Assembly (NCBI GenBank): GCA_964016885.1
Contig: OZ024740.1
Location: 57,970,001-58,034,000 of the forward strand
DNA: 64,000 nt
Reading direction: 5' to 3'
Origin: Eledone cirrhosa
Lineage: Eukaryota
Position 1 is the stretch's first letter. Each line of letters begins with the position of its first letter. Made by a program: the position numbers and the translations under genes. Shown here piece after piece: positions 30,496 through 43,324 of the stretch. Below the pieces are notes generated by a model that was not told the DNA's origin, made no database searches, and saw nothing but the letters and a program-made list of their open reading frames with translations.

Positions 30496-31016
30496 GGTAA
30501 TCTTGCTGAATATGCGCACAATTGTGGAATGTAAAAAAAAAATAACTTGGCTATTTTGAATTACAGAAATGAATAAGTTTCGTTTTAGTGTAGATACTTC
30601 TAACTCGACTTCGCTGTTTATTTTCGTAATACACGTGCTTTTAAAATGAAATTATTTTTACAAATACATGGAGCGTTAAGTGTATTCTGTTTGCAAGGAT
30701 GACAATTTCATTACAAACACAAACATACTTATAGATAAAAAAAAATTGGGGGTAGGGGTGGGGGATCAATACAAAGATAGAAATTTTATTACAAAAAAAA
30801 ATGCAGGTTGCATTTGTAAAGAAATTTTCATTCTTGCAAACAAAATATACGTAACGCTTCAATGTGTATATAAAAATAATAATAATAAAAACATGTATTA
30901 CGAAAAAAAAAAGGTTAAGTTCAAGCTATCCTACAACTAATTCGTTTCGGTAATTCGAGAAAAGCAAGTTTTTTTTTTAACATTCCCAACTACGCACGTA
31001 TTCGGCAAGATTATCT
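30496..31016. mobile_element. MITE with ~80-bp imperfect TIRs
   Basis: GGTAATCTTGCTGAATA...GAATTACAGAAATGAAT versus ATTCGTTTCGGTAATTC...TATTCGGCAAGATTATC. Confidence 0.7.
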
Positions 31017-31394
31017 TATAGTTATATGAAATAGTATAAAAGTGAAGAGAAAAAACAATGATTAACTGTTCATTTATTTGAGCATTCAATACACAAGTGG
31101 ATGTAAGGAACGGAGAGGGAGCACGAGAAAAGACATGTTATGTGGGGACAATAGATTTCATTCGGAGAAAATGAAAATAACTCATCCAGTTAGGGCCCCT
31201 TCCCATCTCGTGTATGTGTGAACAGAGCATGCAAAACGAATCCGGTGAATCGGACAAAATATTGATTTTTTTTTTTTTCTTCAAAGGAAATCTATTATAT
31301 ATATAAATTATTTTAGAGAAGATTATTTAACCCTCCTGTTTTCACAGATATACATTTGATTTATATAAAACCATTTAGTTGTGTAAATATTACA

Positions 31395-31765
31395 AATAAT
31401 TAAAAAAGGAAAAGAAAAAAAACACACATACACAAGAAGGTAATACATACATCTGGGACCACATACAACAAAAGGGGTGGACAAACGAACCGCTGCTACC
31501 AGAGCAAAAGATAATAGTATCGCGAGGAGCACTGGGAAACCTCTCTAATAATTGTTTAGGCAAGCCAGCACTCGCAACGTTACCTCGAGTAATGGCGAGG
31601 CTGATGCGCTGGTACAACCAAGCGCCCCCCATGAGCATTACCAGTTATCTTTGTTAGGCGAGCCGCCAGTGAAAACATGAATCTCGCAGTCAGTAGCCCG
31701 ACTCCCATAAACGTCTCGAACGGCACAGGCTGGACAATGAAGTTAACCGACAGATCACGCTATTT
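31395..31765 (-). mobile_element. CRE-like retrotransposon 3' end
   Basis: KYRDLSVNFIVQPVPFETFMGVG...AWLYQRISLAITRGNVAS; homologous to 6780-7060 and to the 3' UTR piece at ~2440-2600. Confidence 0.8.
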
Positions 31766-33127
31766 CAGGAATAAAATCATTCTATAAATATACGTAGATC
31801 GATAAAATATGTATAAGATTGAAATAAGTACTGGGTCCTTCCTTATGGTCGATTTAGAATCCCGAAAATGATGCGCCAAATTAGGAGAGAGCATTTTTTA
31901 ACAAAAAAAAAAACAACTATGTAATAAACACGCAAATTGTGAAATTGTTAAGAAATGCTCATTGCATGAAAAAGTGTTAAATGTTTACTTCTCATTTTGT
32001 TTTTAAACAATCTGTATAAACATTCTCTAACTTCTATTTAAGGTTCAAACTTATGATTAAATTCTTTAAACAAGTTAATCAGTACTTTTATTTCCTATAT
32101 TCATTACCTGAATAAATTACGTAGTGTAAAGACGATTTACAAAATTTCTAAGATAGATACACTTAACTTGTTATTTTACAGCAATTATTCTTCATCAATG
32201 CACAAAAGGTCACTTATTAAGTGACAATGGCGCTGCTTACGGAGCTAAAATGGTTCCATAATTACAACTTAGGTTACACATATTGATTATATTCTTAATT
32301 CCCGAGGCATTGATTTTTAAGTGTCTGCTTATAACGAGAAATGTTTTAGCTTCGTAAGGTGAAGCAGTAATCAAAAGTTTGTGGTATTTGATTTGTTTTC
32401 GTTTTATAATTTAAATTTCTATTTATCTATACAATTTGTTAATATCCACCTTCAAAATCATATTCTACTGGGTGTCGACTCACTGAAGGGGAGAAATGAT
32501 AGCGTATCAGACTAAATGTTTTTTTTTATTCCCCTTGGCTTTCTAAATTAAAAACCTCATTTGGAAGTTGTATTTTCTAGCCTTGAAAAGCTGTCTTCAC
32601 TATTTAGATTTGACAATGTCATTTTTATATGTAAGGCCTCGGTGACAAGAGATGAGATGTAATATTTATATTGATAAAGTGTTTTAACTGTGTTGTTCAT
32701 GTGTAGATAACATGGTTCGCCTTACAATCATCCTTTTCCCAGTGGAATCTTAGGTTAATACTTTTTATTATAGCCTTAGGTCGAGTTAAGCGGAATCGTT
32801 TGTTTTGTCCACCACTGAATTATTTTTATGAAGTGGTTGTGGGTGAGGCAGTGTAAATCTTATTTATACATGGCGATGCAGCTGTGTATAGAATTGATGG
32901 AGTGAAGTGTGCTATCATCTGCAGGAGATTTTCTTGTTAAAATTTCATGGCTTAGTCAAAGGAGGAAGAAGGGCAGTGTCTGACATGTTGCATGATCTCC
33001 GAGACTGATGGGGAAAGCGTGGAAGAAACAATTCACGAGTTACATGAGTTAGTGCAGTAGGGAAAAAAATACATCAGAATAGTGAAGGCAATCTAGAGTC
33101 AAGTTAAACCAGACAAAAAAAAAAAAC

Positions 33128-33351
33128 GGCACTGTCATGGTATTAGCTGTCAGAAAGAAGGTGATGTCATTCGTCAACCTTCTCAATCGTTTATTTCCGT
33201 ATCACCATGTGTTTATTTTTTAATAAGTATATCTCATCGTAAACGTATCTCTTACTGATACGGAAATAAACGATTGAGAAGGTTGACGAATGACGTCAGA
33301 TAGACGTCACCTTCTACTTTCACTTCTGACAGCTAATACCATGACAGTGCC
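33128..33351. mobile_element. Short MITE of the same TIR family as 29441-30037
   Basis: GGCACTGTCATGGTATTAGCTGTCAGAA...TTCTGACAGCTAATACCATGACAGTGCC. Confidence 0.85.
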
Positions 33352-33399
33352 CCCCCCCCCCAAAAGAAAATTTAGATTGAGAAGAATGTAAAATAGGAA

Positions 33400-33860
33400 A
33401 ATATAGAAAAGAAAGAAAAAAAAAAACGGCAAGGGAAAGGTAAAAACTCTAGTGTCACAGAAGAATGGGGAAGGGGGAATATGATTAGGCTCTGGGCCTA
33501 GGGTGCGGCGGTAGAGTGGTTGCTCTTGGCGGACAAGACCGCAAACGTATTCCCCGCAGATAATTGTTTCTACTTTAGGCACAAGGCCAGCAATTACCAG
33601 TGCATTACTGGTACTTTATTTTATCGACCCCGTAAGGATGAAAGGCAAAGTCAACCTCGGCGGGATTTGAACTCAGATGGTAAAGGGACGTAACTATGCT
33701 GGAAAGCATGGCGTCCGACCCTCTACCGATACTGCCAATCCACCCGCAGATAATGGCCAGTGACACCTGCAACACCCACCTCACCTCGCAGGGCTCCCTC
33801 CTCAGACGGGCCGCTGACATTCCGATCTGTACGGGATCCAAGTACGCTTGAGTTCTCGAC
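33400..33860 (-). mobile_element. CRE-like 3' fragment interrupted by a SINE family 1 copy (~33561-33745)
   Basis: Homologous to 45040-45300; the SINE is flanked by a duplicated CCCGCAGATAAT (TSD). Confidence 0.8.
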
Positions 33861-34285
33861 AACAACTGCTGCGAAGAGGAAGCAGTCGAACAGTCCCAAG
33901 TATTTGTTTATTTTATAACTAATTCTATTAAAAGCAACTAGCTTTTGATGATAGTTATTTCAATATTCTTCCATCAGTTTGTTGTTGCACTGAATTATTT
34001 ATATCTTGCCCACATTTGAATAGTCATTTTGGTAATTAATATTGCTTCAATACAATTAACTATTTTAACTTTGAATAAAATACATCATATAAAGAATTTC
34101 CTTTTTTACTTTATTTGCATCTTTTCTTATCTTCTTTTCCAGAAAATCATAAATGAAAGTGATATTTTTTCCTGTTCTATTTATTTTTTCCGACTTTTTC
34201 ACATTAATAATATATATAGAGAATTTTGAAAACAATTTTTTTCTGTTAAAACTTAAACAAAGATATAGGCAAAATATATGTTTAA

Positions 34286-34526
34286 CCCTTTTGATATATT
34301 TCTAATGAAAAACATTGCCTAGGATTTTTTAATAATTTTGAAAATTATCAAGAATTTGGTCTGCTTTAGTTATATAGCTAACTTTTTTTTTTTTATTTAA
34401 CTAGTGTTTAAAACATAACTTATCAAACATTCTTAAAAAAATTATGATAGGTTTGAAATGAATAAAAAAACTTTAAAACCAACAGTTTTGTATCAGAGAA
34501 CCAGAGGTAGTTTGTTGTCAAAGGAG
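34286..34526. mobile_element. piggyBac-like MITE (related copies ~38055-38240 and ~42210-42466)
   Basis: TTAA|CCCTTTTGATA...TGTCAAAGGAG|TTAA. Confidence 0.6.
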
Positions 34527-35133
34527 TTAAGTAAACCAGATATAGATATCTATTTTTATTGGTTTCTTGGTGCACCACTTCCAAAGATTTTAGCGGATTT
34601 TATTGATCTCAGTATTTAGATACATTTTTCTATCTATATTTATTAAATTGCTAAGCCCGCCTAAGGAATGTTTATTGGTCATCTTGCTGACATTCATACA
34701 CATACTTATGGCAGGCTTCCACAGTTTCTGGCTATCAAATTTCACTCTCAAGGCATTGGTCTTCCCTAGGTGCTGCACAGTGGGATTAAATCAGAACCAT
34801 ATACAATGAAGTGTACTTTTTAAACAGACATCTATTCCTAGACCCATGTTCTTAATCATATAACATCATCATCATATGTCTATTTTCCATTCTTGCATGG
34901 GTTAGACGGATTGCCTTGCTAGGTCTAGACAAGCAGGTCATATGACTGTTTTGTTCATGTTTCTTTCGGCAAGGTTTCTGCAACTAGATGCCCTTCCTAA
35001 CATCAAATGCTTCATGGTGTGTATCAGGTTTTCTCGTACCACCTAACAGAATGGACTCGATGCTTTTTTCATGGCACTAGTACTACCGCTTTACAGTGTC
35101 GGTTGGATGCATTTTATTATAGCACCAGCATTA

Positions 35134-35888
35134 TCTCCTTATAATATATAACCAGCAATTTCTCTGTCTGTCTGTCCGACAGTGGAAACACATGCGCGCG
35201 TGCGAATGTTTTTTGCGCACGCGTAGAGTGAGAGTGAAAGAAAGAGACAGACTACAAGAGGGGGGGTAGTGGGAGGGAGAGAGGGGGGGAATTGAGGAGT
35301 GCTACAGAAATATATATATATACACACAGAAATATATATACATTTCTGTGTGTTAAATATATATATATATACTAGCAGAAAACCGCCTATCGTGTGGTTT
35401 TCTGCTAGTATCTCCTTATAATATATAACCAGCAATTTGTCTGTCTGTCCGACGCGTAGAGAGAGAGTGAGAGTGAAAGAAAGAGACAGACTACAAGAGG
35501 GGGATAGCGGGAGGGAGAGAGAGAGACGCTGGAAGAGGGGAAGGAAAGCTATGTCTTGCTGTCTGCATTACGATACATATATATATATACACACACACAC
35601 ACTGAGCGCGTCATAATGACGTAATGCAGACATACAGACAGATATTATAAGGGCGCAACGTTATATCTATGTATCTATCTAAAAAGAAAGACTAAGAATT
35701 ATATAGAGAGAACGCTAAATCGCTTAATGCGGTCTCTAGGGCATTGAAAATTTGAAATAATTTTTGCTCAAAACACTCACAGGACCATATGTATTACATG
35801 TCTAAAGTTTGAAAACAATCGGTTGGATGGTTCTCAAGTTTTAGTGAGCTGACAGACAGACAGACATCCTCAGTTTTATATATATAGA
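35134..35888. mobile_element. Mini-Helitron 35134-35408 (+), second unit from 35411 (+) fused to an inverted Helitron 5' arm (~35620-35888, -)
   Basis: A|TCTCCTTATAATATATAACC start; ends ACTAGCAGAAAACC..GGTTTTCTGCTAG|T; same family as 169-2428. Confidence 0.75.
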
Positions 35889-35931
35889 CTAGCAGAAAAC
35901 CGCCCCCCCACCCCGGGTGGTTTTCTGCTAG

Positions 35932-36232
35932 TCTATATATATAAAACTGAGGATGTCTGTCTGTGTGTGTGAGTTTGAATCCCTAAAACTCGAGAACCAC
36001 CCAACCGACTGTTTTCAAACTTTACACATGTAATACTTATGTTTCAGGGAGTGTTCTGAGCAAAAAGAATTTCAAATTTTCAATGCCCTAGGGACCGCAT
36101 TAGGCGATTTAGAGATCTCTCTCTATAATTCTTAGTCTTTCTCTTTTTAGATAGATACATACATATAACGTCACGCCCTTATAATATCTGTCTGTATGTC
36201 TGGCTGTCTGCATTACGTCACTTCCCTGAGGA

Positions 36233-36294
<62 letters not shown>

Positions 36295-36867
36295 TGAGTT
36301 TGAATCCCTAAAACTCGAGAAGTACCCAACCGATTTTTTTCAAACTTTACATGTGTATTACTTATGTTTCAGGGAGTGTTATGCACATAAAAAATTCAAC
36401 TTTTTGATCTGCGTTTTTAAAGCTTTTTAGTGTTTTTTTGAGGCGTTACGTCAGACCGATTTCCTTGAAATTGTAACTATGTATTAGTCAGTCTCTTCTT
36501 CATACAGTGAGAAAAGAAAATCCAACTTTTTTCGGACCTAGGGCCTGCATTAGGTGAAAAACTTCATTTTTTCCAGCTTTTTATGGCTTTTTGGAAGCGT
36601 TATGTCTAGCCGATTTTCCCGAAATTTCAAGGCATATTATGCACATAAAAAAAAATTATTTTCTTGATCCCCTAGGGCCCGCATTAGGTGAAAACCTGCA
36701 TTTTTCCTGCTTCATCGAGGAAAATCTTAAAGATTATCCAGCCATCAGAGTATTCGGTTTATTTTCTTTACATATTGTCCAGGCATGCAGTTTTTCCACA
36801 ATTAGGTCTGTTGGCGGCCTGCGTTCCAAAATAACTTATCCCGTGCAACGCCGGGTACCACTGCTAG
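35932..36867 (+). mobile_element. Non-autonomous Helitron
   Basis: 5' TCTATATATATAAAACTGAGGATGTCTGTCTG; internal duplication of the 5' segment at ~36227; 3' hairpin CCCGTGCAACGCCGGG then CTAG|T. Confidence 0.85.
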
Positions 36868-37750
36868 TCAATAATAAAAATAATCTAAATAAATAAGGTT
36901 TAGTGTACTAGTTATTTTTGTTAATTATTTTATGAAGGCTTTTAACAAAATAGATTTTGAAGTGGTTTTCACTTTACTCATTAGTCTCCACTATAACAGG
37001 TCATTCCTGAATGCTACTGGTAACATGTAACCCAGTACAACCTGTTGCATGGTTTGGTCATCAGCGACTAAACTAGCTACCCCATAAAGCTTGCATATTC
37101 ACATATATCGATGGCAGAAAGATGATAGACTCAATCGACTACAATGGCAACGTTATTACCATGACATTCAGGAGTTGCTACCTATTGTCATTACAATAAC
37201 AAATAGAAAGACAGTGATAAAGAACACACAAAACGGAGCCCCATACCACATAGCTCAGTGCGTGGGTGAAAAAGAAATGCGATACGTAGTGGAAGACCAG
37301 GCTTTAAGTGATCGAAAACCAAAATAAAATGTGAAAAATTGCTTATAATTTCCTCCTTCAATGTCACTGTAAATTCTGAAATGAAAATGAGTAAATTGCC
37401 ATCAAATACAGAAGAGCAAAGAGTTGAAGTATAAATTACTGTAAAACAATAATAGTATATGCTTCTTTCACCAAAATCAAGATTAAGATTAGGGGATTAT
37501 ATAATACATCACATTAAATTTCAAAACTTGTTCTTTACCTCCATTTATTACCCCCCTCCCACAAAAAAACAACGTAATTAAGCTTTAATGTTTAATAAGA
37601 ATATACTGCTATAGAAAGATTATCAGCATCATTTTACACCCTCTTTCCATGCTGGCATAGGTTGTCATGGTCCTAGACAATTCTTATTCAGTTACTGTAC
37701 CCCTAGATGGGTAACTAGTTGGGCAGTCCTGTGTATCTTATATATATATA

Positions 37751-37830
37751 TTGGATTGTAACATAAATTCCCGTCGTTGTTATAAAACTTCTTAATAAAA
37801 CAAACGGCGGGAATTTATGTTACGACCCAA
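37751..37830. mobile_element. 80-bp mariner-type mini-MITE
   Basis: TA|TTGGATTGTAACATAAATTCCCGTCGTT...AACGGCGGGAATTTATGTTACGACCCAA|TA. Confidence 0.85.
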
Positions 37831-40504
37831 TAGTATTGTGTGTTTCTAAGACAATTTAATTTCCAAAATGGAAGTGGCTTTTAACATGGTAGAATATTAT
37901 ACATAAACTTTTATGGTAAGAACTAGAATAGTAATTAAAATATTACAAGTCAAATTCTTCATTTCTAGAATTGTTTTTCATGGGAAAAGAAACCCTCCTC
38001 GAGTGGATATATAAGCACAAATGACAAGAGAATTGGTTCTGTTAATACTTTATTTAGCCCCTTTCTTGCTATATTTCTAACACAAGATACTGCCTATAAT
38101 TTTTAAATAAATTTGAAAATAATCTGAAATTTGGAGGACTTTTGTAATATAACTAACTTTCTCATTATTTATCTGATGTTTGGAACACAGCTTAACAAAG
38201 GTTCTTACATAGAATTATGATGGAAAATCTCTATAAAGTGGTTGGTAATAGAAAGGGCATCCAACCTTAGAAAGTTTGCCAAACAGAGTTGGAAGGGCTC
38301 TTCAGTTTTATCAATGACATGATAAACTCCCTACTATTGGTGATCTATATGATAAATAACCCATGTTAGCGTGGAAAATGGACGTTAAACGATGATGATG
38401 ATAGTTCCAGTGCACTCTGTAAAGCGGTTGGGGATGAAAAGGGCATCCAACCAGAGCAAACCTGTGAAACAAAGGTTCAGGAAGACTCTTCAGCTGTGTC
38501 AATGACAACAACTTTCCTAGTACTGGTGCAATGGTAAAATGCATTCAGTATATGTAGGCCCTTGGTTCATCTGTGAGTTCAGTAGTTCCTCTTTAGTACT
38601 GATTGGGTCTGTGAAGATCCATCCAACTCTTGTTAGTATAGAAGATGGCTGTTAAATGATGATGGTAATGATGATAAACACTTAAAACAGACAGTTTTGT
38701 TTCATAGAACCAGAAGACTTGTGTTCTGAGATTCAATAGACAGGAAAACTTTCACAAACAATGAATTGTAAAATGTATTTATGTACTATAATAACAATTT
38801 AGCCTACAAATTTGTATAAGATTAGAGACTGATAACTGTCGGAAGACAGGGCTTGCAAATTAAGTATATAGCGTCTATAAGCTATACTAAAGATAACTAG
38901 TATAATACACGTATGTGAAAGTAGTATAAAATTTATCTTGACACTTTATCAATTAAAGTCAGCTAAATCATTTTTCTTAGATAAACTGATATATAACCAA
39001 TGCTTAGCTCTAATTTCAGTAGTATTGATTTATTTGAGAAATAAGATCACTTTTTCTTGAACAGTATAATCAATTCAACTGTCTTCCACATATTACCGGT
39101 ACTTATCTCATTGACTCTGAGGGGTTAAAAAGCAAATGTCATTTCTGTTAGAGTGGAAGACAGAACATAGAAGGATGAAACTAAATATTGTCGGGCGTTT
39201 AGTGCTGTATATTATCGCTCTGGCTAATTCTCTGCCTTCTAGTCTGTAATATTAGAATATGACAATTTCCCTTCACAGAAGTTACTAGTTTATTGATCAA
39301 GTGTAATTTTATGAAGTTAGCTGGTATATATGCTAACAGTGAATTGAAATGAATGAGTTTTTTTTTTCCAAAGACCTTAAGCTATGTCTTCTAAAAGCCC
39401 AATCACATGTATTGATTTCAGTTTTGAATCTGTAGGATTATGAACTCAACTAAAGTAAAATAGAAAGTATATTTGGAAAGCAAGTTTATTTTCTTGGATT
39501 TGGATATAGATGTGATCATAATCAAAGTTTTGAATTTTTGAGATAGTTGGTAGTCATGTGAAATGGGGCATTGAACAATTCTATTAATACTGTTATGTTG
39601 CCAATATTCATTGTATAATGCAGCAAAGAAATAGATGGAGAATTTTGGAACTTTTAAGTTGTCTGGTGAAGTCAGGAGATTAAGAAAATTGAACCTTTGT
39701 ATAGCTATCAATTATGGAACAAGGCTAGGATTTATTGGTTGTTATTGATAAAAAGAAAGCAATATAAAAATGAAAGAGATTTGGAGCAGGCTTTCTCTAT
39801 ACATTATAAGATAGTGTAACAATTGAAGAAGCTTAGAATCCAGGCTGCCAATATTGAATATATTACATGATATAGGCACAAGGTCACACATTTTTGTTTG
39901 GAGGCAAATGAAGACTTGAAATGAAAATTCAAGAGACCATTTTATGTTACATAGGAAAAAAGTTGATCTTGCTTATGCAGACATTTTAGAGAGACAGTAA
40001 TTATGCATTTTAATTTTAAAATTTCAAGAAAAATATGAAAGCTTCAGTTGCACAATTCTAGCATGATGGGCTACATATATGAATTTTCTCATCTAAAAAG
40101 CTAAATAGAGAAGAATAGATAGATATGTATAAAAAAAACGACATTACTCTCTTAATAAAGACTCATTTTTAGCTTTAGAGACACAAAACTTAATGGAGTG
40201 ACACAAGTAGGCTGAATTAATAGTGTAGAAATTTCAGTAGACATTGAAAATAAAATTACAAACAAAAATTGTAAATTTATGGTAGTTATGTATGTATCTA
40301 TTGGTTTATGTATTTATTTTCAGAAGAAAAATCCAACATGAAGCATATAAATTTGTATTGCGACAAAGTATTTTACTAAGAAAATATTCTTTTTTTAATG
40401 GGAACTAGTATCAGAACTAAAAATATGTATATAGTTTGTTTTCAACTACTGAGTGAAAACTATTTAAAAGAATGGGAAGATGATGTATGATTAAATATGT
40501 ATTA

Positions 40505-40650
40505 CCATATTTATCGTTTATAAAAGCTCAAGTTTATAAGACACCTCAATTTCAGCAGTAGCTCAAACTTTTGCTTATAAAATGCAGACTAATTTTCTAG
40601 AATATTTTTTGGGGAGAAGAAAAATGTGCCTTATAATTCATCAAATATGG
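40505..40650. mobile_element. pogo/Tigger-like MITE remnant
   Basis: TA|CCATATTT...TATAAGACAC...GTGCCTTATA...AAATATGG|TA. Confidence 0.6.
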
Positions 40651-41529
40651 TAAGTTTTAAGTTAGATAAAGAATCAAAATTACATGCCTATTAAACACAT
40701 CATTATATAAATATGAATATGTGGTGAACTTTCTGAATTACTGTTCAGCTTGCCGTTTTTCAAACAAATTAATAGTTCGCTATAATACACATAACATTAT
40801 GGAACAGTATTAGCAATTAATAATTTTGTTTTATTGATATTAATTTACTCATTGGAGATATAATTAACCCAATATAGATACTAACTATATGAACAAAATT
40901 TCAGAAGTTCTAGACTATATCAAAGTTTTTTTTTTATTTCAAGTACTTCTTTGCTTCATTAAATTCAATGTGTGAATGCGCAATAACATCATAAACTTTT
41001 GCATTATAATTATTTAGATGTCAATAATTATATTGTGAACATTTTGAGACTTAATGATTTTCCATAGCATCAAGTGGATATCATTTGAACTAAGAATACA
41101 TGAAAAGTATATTTTAGGAAATTTAATTAATGTTTCTTAAACTTAGACAAGACATCAACACTTAGAAAACAAATTTTTTTATTTTACTATTTATCTGATA
41201 TATATGTATATCATCTTCATCATCACCGTTTTACGTCCATTCCTCCACGTTAGCATGGGTTAGACGGGTTGTCCTGTTGTGGGCAGTGCCAGGTTGGGTG
41301 ACTTTGTCTTGCTCATACGGGAACTGATTTTGGCAGGATTTCTATAGCTAGATGCCCTTCTTAATACCAACCTCATTTACAGTGAGTGCTGGGTGCCTTT
41401 TTTCCGTGGCGTCTACATGACCACTTTACAGTGTGGGCTGGGTGCTTTTTTGTTGTGACACCTCCACGATCACTTTGCAGTGGGAGGGGGTGAGGGCATA
41501 TTGTCTATATGCTTCAGTTTGTACCTTTG

Positions 41530-42150
41530 GGAAGTGATCTTTTATATTACTGCGTGTCACTAGAGGTCAGTCCTGTGTTATTGCCTTTGTGAGGTGCAAT
41601 TGGGTAAGGTTGGCTTTTATCACCTCATCCCAGGTCTTCTTGGGTCTCCCCACTACAAGGCTTCCATCGACTTTTAGTGCTCTACACCTTTTTATGCAGC
41701 TATCATCCTTTATACGCATTGCATGTCCATACCAACGTAACCTCCTCTGATGTTCAGTCTCTCTCAATTTATTTATACTTTGCCATTCGTGAATATTACT
41801 ATTACATATCCATCGGAGCATGCAAGCTTCGTTTCTTTCTAATCTACACAAGTCTTCTACACACAGCGCCCAAGTCTCACTACCATGTAACATTGCTGTT
41901 GGTATGCACACATCATACAGTCTGCCTTTCATTTTGAGGGAAAAGCCTTTTGCAGCTAGCAGTGGCAGTAGCTCGCTGATCTTCTTTCATCCCATTCTTA
42001 CTGTACTTTCAGAACACCCACCTCCACTGCTAATTCAGTCACTTAGGTAGCAGAAGCTGTCTACTGTTTCTACAGAGCCCTCCCAGAGTTTGGTGGTGCT
42101 TGTTTCCTGTGGCCGTTTGCTGCTTGCTGTCCTGGTGCAGCTGCTACATC
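41530..42150 (-). mobile_element. RTE LINE 3' fragment
   Basis: KGRLYDVCIPTAMLHGSETW...RRLRWYGHAMR...GRPKKTWDEVIK. Confidence 0.9.
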
Positions 42151-43324
42151 TATATATAGACAATTAAATTACATTTTTGAGGATTAAATAAGGATTGAAT
42201 ACATGTTTTTAACACTTTCATTATAATACTTCTTATGAAAAACACTCCCTATGATTTTCAAGTAATTTTGAAAATTTAGAATTTGGAGGAATTTAGTGAT
42301 GTGATTAAATTTCTCCTTATTAAGCTGATTTTTGGAACATAATTTAACAAAGGTTTTTATATAAAAGTATGATGGAAGGTTTTTAGATAATTATAAACTT
42401 TAAAGTAAACAACTTTGTATGATAGAAGCAGTGGCAGTTTCAGGTGGTTTGGTATCAAACATGTTAAAATAAAATGTGGATAAAGTCATGTATATGAAAG
42501 AGAATTTCAAAAGTGGTTACTTTGAGAACGAAAGTCATGTCTCCTTGCAGTATTTAGTTGTCTTTTTATGTTCTGAGTTTGAATCATGCCATGGTCAATT
42601 TTGCCTTTCTTTCAACCTTCTAGGGTGCCAGTCAAATATTGGGGTTGAATTGACTGTTTCCCCCCACAAAATGTCATCTTTTCCCAATATTAGAAGCCAT
42701 TAGACTACATTTACATTGTTGATATTGTAATTTTCTTTTTTAGTCTCAGCAGAGTTGCATACTGTTTAACAAACCTATGAACTGTTTCCATTGATTGGCT
42801 AGTTGTAACTATTTTCTTTTAGTCTATCATTACAGGTGGTTATATTTTTCCCAATTCACTATGTTCAGTGAAATAATTTGTATGTAATGCTCTTATGATC
42901 TGTATCCTTTACAATTTAAATTCAGGAATTGTGACTACTAGATAGTATCAGCAATGAAAAGGCCAGTGGGAATATTGATTCCTTGGCCTGATATGATGAT
43001 CAACTTCTTTCCTTTCTATAAACTAATATTTTGTATTAATCCTCATAAGAATAGCCATATTTTATACTTATCATAAATTGTGTACTTTCTTTGGAGACAA
43101 AACTATATATATAGATTATTTGAATTTTTATTTTGTGTGTCATCATTTCAAAAAAGGGGCAGCAATATTAAACATTTTTTTTATTTTATTTTTTTTTTTA
43201 ATAAAATATTCTGTACCTGTTAGAATAAATTTTTCACTTTTTGATGTTTGAAATTTCAAAGATATAGATGTGTGTATGTGTCTGCATATCAGTTGTGTGT
43301 GTAGACAGGTGTTATAAGCAACTG

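Noticed and set aside
39420-40260. Coding-looking AT-rich stretch
   Set aside because: The frames I read contain stops and I recognise no motif.
40324-40410. Phase-compatible acceptor as an extra SPO11 exon
   Set aside because: The frame closes quickly, the donor is weak and there is no SPO11 similarity.
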